Source: an uncultured virus (IMG/VR IMGVR_UViG_2061766007_000765)
Lineage: Duplodnaviria > Heunggongvirae > Uroviricota > Caudoviricetes
Virus record (IMG/VR): IMGVR_UViG_2061766007_000765
DNA: 19,996 nt
Strand: one strand, 5' to 3'
Shown here: in pieces, positions 1 through 7,766 of the stretch
How positions within the stretch are numbered: the first letter of the stretch is position 1
Layout: each line of letters opens with the position of its first letter
Notes under the pieces: model-generated
What the model was told of the DNA's origin: nothing
Database searches by the model: none
Seen by the model: only the letters and a program-made list of their open reading frames with translations
Program-made: the position numbers and the translations under genes

Positions 1-127
1 TTCCTATCCTAATTGAAATGCTGCTGTCGTTTTCTTCTAGTTGAATATCTAGCTGATTGAGCTCTTCAATCTGAGATAGGAAAGCAAGTAATGCTGAAGG
101 AGTTAATACAAGCATATTATCTTCCAT
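1..127 (-). CDS. Hypothetical protein (partial, runs off window)
   Basis: RBS GGAGG, ATG at 127: MEDNMLVLTPSALLAFLSQIEELNQLDIQLEENDSSISIRIG..., open to the window edge. Confidence 0.7.
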   Translation of the reverse strand, partial: MEDNMLVLTPSALLAFLSQIEELNQLDIQLEENDSSISIRIG

Positions 128-139
128 AATCTAATCCTC

Positions 140-924
140 CTAAAACTGACTTAATGCGCCTATCTGAATTTTCCATATTACTTGGACAACTTGATTTATA
201 CCTACTTTTAAAATACTAGATCGCAGTAGCTGCCGATTTTCAGGAATACTCATGTCCCATGAAGATCTATCAACAGGAGCTATCCTGTATCCTGCAAGTA
301 AAGAAGTATTACCTGATTCAACATATCGAGAATTAGCCCACAAACCTGCTTCCGTTACAAATATGTAATTTCTGCCGTTTCTGAACTGAGCTAATGCTCC
401 ATTTGATACTAATCCGCTAAATACTACATCTATCTTACCATCTTCAGATCTCTGCGGAGATAACACCTGTCTAAATGTTATAGGTACGCGAGGAAAGGTG
501 TCAGATATTAATTCACAATCAATTGCCTCTCCGCCTGCGTATTTAGGCCCAAGCCCAGGATATTCTCTATTATNNNNNNNNNNNNNNNNNNNTCTGCGCC
601 GAATCCTGGCTCTTGATTCAAGTAATTATCTAAAAAAGCAGAATCATCAGGTAATCCTGCCGGCAAACCTTCTGCATCTTCATCTTGATTAAGGAGCCCC
701 ATTGTGCCTAAAGAAATATATTTAGGAATCCATGCATCAAGCAATTGGCTTCCCGATGTAGCTCCTCCAGCTAGATGATATCCTACACCTGTCAATAATG
801 TACTTGTAGCAGTATTATGCCCCGTGTGCTCAGAAATAACTTTACCAGTAACTTCATCTAATACTCTAATACATACGTTATCATATATGCTTAAATTCTT
901 TGCAGTTTCTAAAATTCCTGCCAT
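140..924 (-). CDS. Tail-collar / tail-fibre attachment-like baseplate protein, ~260 aa
   Basis: RBS AAGGAG, ATG at 924. ORFs 508-924 and 140-466 join via NREYPGLGPKYAGGEAIDCELISDTFPRVPITFRQV. The pattern HNTAT...YISLGT...EL...R...VVFS...TEAGLW...VIWKIQI resembles the N-terminal tail-collar domain of P2 gpH-type fibres, here as a standalone protein. Confidence 0.6.
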
Positions 925-936
925 GAATAATTCTCC

Positions 937-1483
937 TTAAGGGATCTCGCTAAAAGTAATTACCTTTAATGAAACTGTATTACCTTGAGCAGATTCAATA
1001 TTAGTATCATGATATACTACAGTTGAAGCATTTGTAGAGCCTTCATAATGTGTTTTAGTTGTTACTGTCCTATGAGAATCTACACCATCCCATACACCCA
1101 CGACATTTGTTTGCCAATATGCATTACCAGAACTAATTTCTTGCCAAACTATATGATCGCCTTCATTAGTTACAATCAGATCATTATCCGAAGTGATTAA
1201 CATATCTAAATCAGGCTCTCCCGTGCTCCCGTATTTAGCTAACAAGTAATCGGACCTATCTACAGTAGGGTCAAATATCTCTATAGGCTCTTCGTTGTCG
1301 ATTCTTCTATGCAAATTTGNNNNNNNNNNNNNNNNCATTAGAAAGTAACAACTCTTCGCTATCAGTTACAAGATATAGAGATTCATAATCCTCTGCAAGA
1401 AAGTATTCTATTGTTTCTCTAGCTACTTCTTCATCAGTAGCTAATCTAGCGCGTCCATATGCAGTTTTAGCTACTTCAGTCAT
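937..1483 (-). CDS. Hypothetical acidic baseplate/tail-fibre-associated protein, ~180 aa
   Basis: RBS AGGAG, ATG at 1483 (MTEVAKTAYGRARLATDEEVARETIEYFLAEDYESLYLVTDSEELLLSN; missed by the ORF track). It joins ORF 937-1338 across the N-run at 1320-1335. Confidence 0.65.
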
Positions 1484-1516
1484 GATTATCTCCTATTGTC
1501 GAAAGCCTCTTCCCCC

Positions 1517-1527
1517 ATATAGAAGGT
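1517..1527 (-). promoter_or_regulatory. Putative phage late-promoter-like motif ACCTT-NN-ATAT (copy 2)
   Basis: Minus strand reads (GA)ACCTTCTATAT about 33 nt upstream of the ATG at 1483, in a 59-bp intergenic gap. It shares 9 of 11 positions with copy 1. Confidence 0.4.
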
Positions 1528-1542
1528 TCAGACTTGTTCCTG

Positions 1543-2647
1543 CTATCTATCTAATTCTTCATTGTCAACTCGCACCACTTCTATCTTACCTGTAGTTGTA
1601 TCGTATTTAGTGTATGCTGTATTCCTAGCATTAAGTGATATTGCATCCCCTAATGCTGCCATTACAGGGTTCACTGCAGGCTTAGGAGCAGTAACACTAG
1701 TTGCATCTTCAATTGTATATACTTTGTTAGTTAATTGATGTTCTAACTGGTTATTTATCCTTAAATTGTATAAAGGATAATCTGCATCTTTTAAGTAATC
1801 GTCAGGATATTGAACTGACACATCTTGAGGCCCGTATCCTATATCGAATATAGATGGTAAGAGAGCTTTAACAATATGGTCATTATTGCATAATTGCAAG
1901 GATGAGAGCGATCTCAATCCTGGATTTATATTTTCTGATGGGCTAGGAGTAATACTGGCTTCATAATCTTTATTCCTATAATAAACATTTTCTTTGCTTC
2001 TAGGTTCGTTGCCGCTCTGCAAACTTGCATAATCTTTTCGAGTATATGCAGCTGTGAAAGAAGGTCCTACAGTTACATTATTGTCAACTAAGTCGGTCAA
2101 TCTAGCATCTACTGAAATTTTAGTTTTAGCATTCATTGACACACCCGCATGAGAGAAACAATACATTCCTAATGGTCTAACATACTCTATGCAAACATCG
2201 GTAGGAATTTTTTCGGAATAATATACAACATCTATGAAGCCTAAATCGACATACGGGGTTACACTTACAGCATTGACAGGAATAGACGTATCTTCTAATN
2301 NNNNNNNNNNNNTCGTTTGCATAGTTCTGCAGATTAAACTGATCTAAGTTTATCTCTGCTGCCAATGTCATTCCAGTTTTAGACCCTCTGTATCTTATCA
2401 ATGTAGCAAAATACAGAATAACAAGTCGGTTAAAGGCAACACTAGCCCTTTCGTCATATTTATATCCGCATGTATCGCCTAACATCCATAATAATTCAGA
2501 AGGACACCTTAACGGATCTAATAGGTCTATCAAATTATCCGTTTTATACTGTAATTCAGCTAAACATGTTTCAAACCATTTAAGGAAGAATCTAAAATCC
2601 CAACTCTGTTTATAGATTTCAGGTGTAGGTATATCTGAAAGAATCAT
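1543..2647 (-). CDS. Baseplate wedge protein, P2 gpI / T4 gp7-like (Tail_P2_I-like N-terminus), ~368 aa
   Basis: RBS GGAGG, ATG at 2647. LIDLLDPLRCPSELLWMLGDTCGYKYD...LIRYRGSKTGM is the gpI-type motif; later IEYVRPLG. ORFs 2177-2674 and 1543-2322 join across the N-run at 2300-2312. Confidence 0.8.
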
Positions 2648-2658
2648 TCTTGGACCTC

Positions 2659-4544
2659 CTAGCTTACAATGCAATCAGGTGATACAATAATTGTATCCGA
2701 ACCGGGAACGTCTCTTAAGTATCTTGCAAACGAAATCAAGTTAAAGAATCCTATATCACACTTTATCCATTCAATCACCTTTGCAAGCGTATTGCCTGCA
2801 TCGAAATATGATATCATGCTGTCTGCATTCTGTATTACGTTTACGACTTCCATCACTGTGGGTAGTTGCCCATATCTTCGACTATCAGGTGCGAAATATA
2901 ACTCAAGCTCATCTTTAACTGATTTAATTAATCCATCAGCAATATCTCTGCTTACAGGCTGTTTAGTATATATCTTGCCGATAACAGTAAAGTCAAACAA
3001 TCGAGTAAATCCAAACTGTAAGTCAACTGACATAGCTTGTAAAGGTAAATAATCTTCGTTTACACCTTCTAAGAACATTTCAGGAGCTTTGTATCGAATA
3101 AAATTAGGAGTTCCTTTGAAATAAGCTACACTTTGTTTATTTTGACCATAGCTGCTATTTTGGAAATTATTATGTATGCAAAATGTCATTGCAGTGTATC
3201 GCTGGAAATTAGTTGCAAACACATACTTATGTGGGTCCGAAGGATCAAAGTCTAAATTGAGAACTTGCTGCCAATTGAAATCATCTGACCCTGCAGGAAA
3301 ATCGGAATTAGTAATATACTTTTTTCGTTTTTGGGCATCTGTTAACGTAGTATCATTATATACTGACAAGTTATACTCTAAAGCCTTCTGGCAGTCAATT
3401 ACTATACCACAGTCAACTCCAGGTTCTCTATTTATAAATCTGTTGAAATCAGGGAGAGTGATTAAACTATCCCAAGTATTGATATATTTTCTGCTGTTAA
3501 GATATGCTTCGTGGGCAGTTTCGGGGCTCTTTCCCGTTACTGTATAAGTGTTAGGAAGCTCAACTGTATTAGATAAGTTAGATACTGCAATATCACCTGA
3601 TTCATAGCTCATCTGGTTAGCACTAGAATCTGTTNNNNNNNNNNNNNNNNNNNNNNNNCGGTAACTGAACCAATTACACCTGAACAATCCATCCAATATA
3701 TAACTAAATAATTACCAGAATAATTTTCAAGCTGATTAAGATAATTACTTACAGTAATTTGTGCGTTTGAATAATTATCGTAAGTTACTGCAAATAAAGG
3801 TTCAGGAGTTGAAAAATCAGCTACACTGTCAACCTGACGCCATTGAGTCTCTAAGAAGTTATCATCACTTAAGTTAGCTTTTGCTTTCACCCAAACAGCT
3901 GTGCTGTCTACATGCTGAGAAGGTAAAGTAATTATATAGTTGTTAGCCTTAACATCGGCTACACTTATATTAAAGCTCCTTAATTCACCTTCTATTGCTA
4001 CTCGAGTTACTGACTCTCCAGGATTCAATTCATATCTATCTTCCTGAGCGAATACATCAACATCAGAAGTTATTGTTCTACGAGTGCTTCTAGATGCCGA
4101 ATCATACTTGAATGTCTTAGGTAGTATGTTGTAAGTGATAACTCGTTCAGAATTAGTAATATCCGAATAAGCGTTCAGCGTAGAAAAACTGGATCCGTTG
4201 AATCCAAAATCTACTACATAAGGGTCATCGGTTGTATTAGTAAATGTTACTTCTGTCCTTGCTGCAGTATAACTTCCTAAGCTGTATCCAAACAATGCAA
4301 AAAGCTTTTCTNNNNNNNNNNNNNTGGGTGCATATAGCTCAGACGACTGAATATCTAGATTCATAGACAGTACATCACCTACAGATGCTAAATACTTAGC
4401 AAGTACAATTCCAGGATCTGAATCGCTTTCCCCATCCCATAATTCAGTAAGTTTAGGAATAGCTGAAATAAAGTCATTGAATATAGATTCGTAATCTCTG
4501 CTCGAGTAATTGACTATTCCGTTAGTTACAGATGAATCCGCCAT
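2659..4544 (-). CDS. Baseplate wedge protein, T4 gp6 / baseplate J-like, ~630 aa
   Basis: RBS GGAGG, ATG at 4544. N-terminal YSSRDYESI...WDGESDSDPGIVL; the later G...ET...LITLPDF motif is characteristic. ORFs 3609-4544 and 2659-3696 join across the N-run at 3635-3658. Follows gp25. Confidence 0.88.
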
Positions 4545-4555
4545 TGGTTATCCTC

Positions 4556-4981
4556 CTAAATGAATTTGCTTACGTCTGATTGCATAAGATCAAAAGAAAC
4601 TGTTTCTCTATATATTGTAACAAGCGTTATTGTTAAATTAAGTTCGTTCATTCGTTCTGATACGCTTATAGGGTCGGAAGGGTCTCTCGAGTATAAGTTA
4701 CCCCTAACAATTTGAGTTTCCTCAGGAATTACACTAGGTTCCCAAAGTCTAAGTTGTTCTACTAATCTGTCCCTTATTAGGGCAATTGTGTTATCATTAT
4801 TATATGTGTATAAATAACGCTTAAGCCCTACTCCGAAAGTAGGATTCATATACAATTCGGTTGGTTCGGTTAACAATAGTAATTTAACTCTGTTTGTTAT
4901 TGACCTAGTATCATTATATAAGTTGACCTGGCTCCTAGATACATTAAACATGTTAGGCCAAGCCCACGAACTACAAATCAT
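4556..4981 (-). CDS. Baseplate wedge / sheath initiator, GPW/gp25 family
   Basis: SITNRVKLLLLTEPTELYMNPTFGVGLKRYLY...IRDRLVEQLRLWEP is the gp25 signature. RBS GGAGGAG upstream. Confidence 0.9.
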   Translation of the reverse strand: MICSSWAWPNMFNVSRSQVNLYNDTRSITNRVKLLLLTEPTELYMNPTFGVGLKRYLYTYNNDNTIALIRDRLVEQLRLWEPSVIPEETQIVRGNLYSRDPSDPISVSERMNELNLTITLVTIYRETVSFDLMQSDVSKFI

Positions 4982-4995
4982 ATAGCATTCTCCTC

Positions 4996-5277
4996 CTAGA
5001 TGCGAGTCCCGTTATGATAATTTCCGCCTGTAAGTCCCATTACAACAAACTTACTTCCTAATCCTTCATTAATGGATTGCAGCAGTACTACATCGCCTGA
5101 CGTAGGCATTGTAGGCAGTAGCATAGAAGTATACCATGGTAGGTCCTTATCTAATGTATAAGTCCCTTTTCCAGATTGTTGAACAAACGGACCATGAATC
5201 TCCGGAATTCTTACTTGTACTTTGAGAGTACCGTCTCCATCATATGTATAATTTTTAGCAAATCCATATACAACCAT
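4996..5277 (-). CDS. Baseplate spike-base protein, Gp5/gpV/VgrG-type N-terminal OB-fold only (93 aa)
   Basis: ATG at 5277 right after the upstream stop. GTLKVQVRIPEIHG...DLPWY...LPTMPTSGDVVLL...KFVVMG matches the gp5-OB pattern. No N-runs inside the gene. Located immediately upstream of gp25. Confidence 0.7.
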   Translation of the reverse strand: MVVYGFAKNYTYDGDGTLKVQVRIPEIHGPFVQQSGKGTYTLDKDLPWYTSMLLPTMPTSGDVVLLQSINEGLGSKFVVMGLTGGNYHNGTRI

Positions 5278-5278
5278 A

Positions 5279-7766
5279 TTACACCTTATCTCCAAAGAAC
5301 AATGCCCACACACCTCGAGCCCAACCCTTTCTGAGTTCCTGCTCGAGCATATCGCGTTTAGTGCCCCAGTTACCTTTACCGATCTCCATATAATCTAAGA
5401 AGTATACAGCAGCATTCTGTGCACCTTGCAGAGTATTTTCGACACTTCGTATCTTAGTCATGCCTTCTATTCGTAAATTTTCTGTAGTAACCCAATAGAA
5501 TAAAAATTCTATTTGACCGGAAAGATTATTTGGCCACGCTTGCTTATTACCATGAGTTTTACAATAATCCTTCATCTGTGTTGCAAAATTAGCAGTTTTC
5601 GAAGTATCTGCCCATTGGACTAATCCAGATGCGCCAATACTATTACTTGCTGCAGGGTTCCACTTAGATTCTTGAAACATATTAGCCATTATGCCAATAG
5701 TGCCTGCAGGATTATCCAATTGAGCGTTTATCAGCTGATATATCATCTTAACATTAGCAGNNNNNNNNNNNNNNNNNNNNNNNNNNTTTACCGTCATAGT
5801 AAGATGTTACTTTAATAGACGAACCATCGACTGCAGTTATGTTAGTATCTCCTGAACCTGACCAGCTTAATGAATATGCTGAATTAGGAACTCCGCCGAG
5901 TATTTCATCTGCTAATTCAAGATGAAAATTGGAAAGGGCAGTATTATTCCAAAAATTAGCTATAAGCCCCTGTTCATTCTCTGCAGATGTAGATGTCTCG
6001 GCTAATACACTATAGAAATTTGCTAACATTCCCGTATAGTTTAAGGCACTAAGCGTGATTCCGGTCTTTTTTATAGAAGGTTTGAAGCTACTACTTGAAT
6101 ATTNNNNNNNNNNNNNNNNNNNNNNNNNNNNNNNNNNNNNNNNNNNNNNNNNNNNNNNNNNNNNNNNNNNNNNNNNNNNNNNNNNNNNNNNNNNTGTGAC
6201 ATATTTTTGTATAGGAGCGCTACCATCTATTTGTTCCCATGCAGGTCTATATATTCCTAATATGCTAGCTGATCTTGAATTGAATTTTAGCTTCTTAACA
6301 CTANNNNNNNNNNNNNNNNNNNNCTGCTGTATTAGATTCCTTTCCATTTGCTGAAATTTCATTCTTAGCAGATGATATTTCAGCAACAATGCCAACTTTA
6401 TCTGCATAATACTTAGTAGCTGTCTCTACTTGTTTATTTCTAAATAAAATTAAATCACCTAATTGCGGTACCGGATAGTTATTTAAAATAGGTCCGTCTA
6501 TCCATGTGCCCATCTTTCTATCAGCACCTGAAGTTTTATATGCAGTGCAGCTCGTAACTTTAGGAATGATTACATTGAGCAGGCCACCGGTTATACTTGC
6601 TACAGCAGTTATAAATGCAGCTGACCAAGGAGAATTAGCTTTTACTTCTACATGCTTGTTTATTGACGAGATGTTTTTTCCTACAAACGAGTTAGCAGTA
6701 GCCATAAACTCGCTAAGAAAGCTTTTTCCACTGTTGACTGAAGTAGCTACAGNNNNNNNNNNNNNNNNGAAACATATACTCTTTAAAGCCATCTCCATCT
6801 AAATCCAAATCCCACGAACCCTCATCCTTAGTTCGTTTAATGTATTGAAATTCTAACGTGTCTAATGAATATTGTGAAACATATATGTAATTAGGATGAA
6901 CCAGCTCAACAATGGAAACTAATCCAGGTAGGCTGTTATTTTTAATGTTAGTATAGCACATTACGGCACCTAATGCAGGAACAGATCCTCTTTGGTACTT
7001 ATCTTCAGTATGACTATACCATTTCTTAGCCATGCTGCGAGATAAATCGCAATGCGCTTGCATTATCTCACTGAATCTTCCCCATGCATACGACCCATTT
7101 TTATTAAACCCGTAATTATTACTGTAATATTCATCTACCAAAACATTACCTTCGGGACTCGCCGTTCGAGGTTCAAATGTAAATTGGATTTCACCTTCCA
7201 TTCGATAGCCGAAAACTTGAGATGCACTTCCGGAAGCTGTACTAAATACTATTTCGTCTTCACTTCCGTCTCTTGGATTTCCGGAAACAACTATCTCTGT
7301 GTGTGTACCTGCTTTAACTAGCACATCTCCGTTATAAGGANNNNNNNNNNNNNNNNNNAATGTACCGGGGTCCATAAATAGATTAGTTTTGACAAAATCT
7401 GCTTGGAGGGTTGCAGTTGTACCCATTATGCTGGTACCTGCACACTCGTTGAGACATTGATAAACTAAGCTAGAGCAGTCACAATTGGTGGGAACAGGAG
7501 AGTTAGTTCCATGGTCACGAATTCCAAGACGGCTACCTTGACTGTATCCAATATTAGCATTGTTACAAGCTTGTATCATTGTTTTCNNNNNNNNNNNNNN
7601 NNNNNNNNNNNNNNNNNNNNNNNNNNNNNNNNNNAGAATTAAAACTAGCTTCAGTATAATCCCTTAAACTAACTTCACCTGAATAATCAGGTATAGAAGC
7701 TTGTTTCTGATCTCCTACTTGTGTATTTCCATAAGCGCTATGTGCACCACCTGTTGTTAACTCCAC
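5279..7766 (-). CDS. Virion-associated multi-domain peptidoglycan hydrolase B, ~830 aa: NlpC/P60-like + CHAP-like + CHAP-like + phage tail lysozyme (Phage_lysozyme2-like)
   Basis: RBS AGGAG, GTG at 7766 immediately after the upstream TAA. Fragments 7563-7766, 6713-7579, 6301-6798, 5754-6407 and 5279-5797 join across N-runs. Motifs: NCDCSSLV...GDVLVKAGTHTEIV; YAWGRFSEI...RGSVPALGAVMC; PWSAAFI...PQLGDLILF...VGIV...GIYRP; GIMANMFQESKWNP...GASGLVQW...LSGQIEFL. Stop TAA at 5279-5281. Confidence 0.75.
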
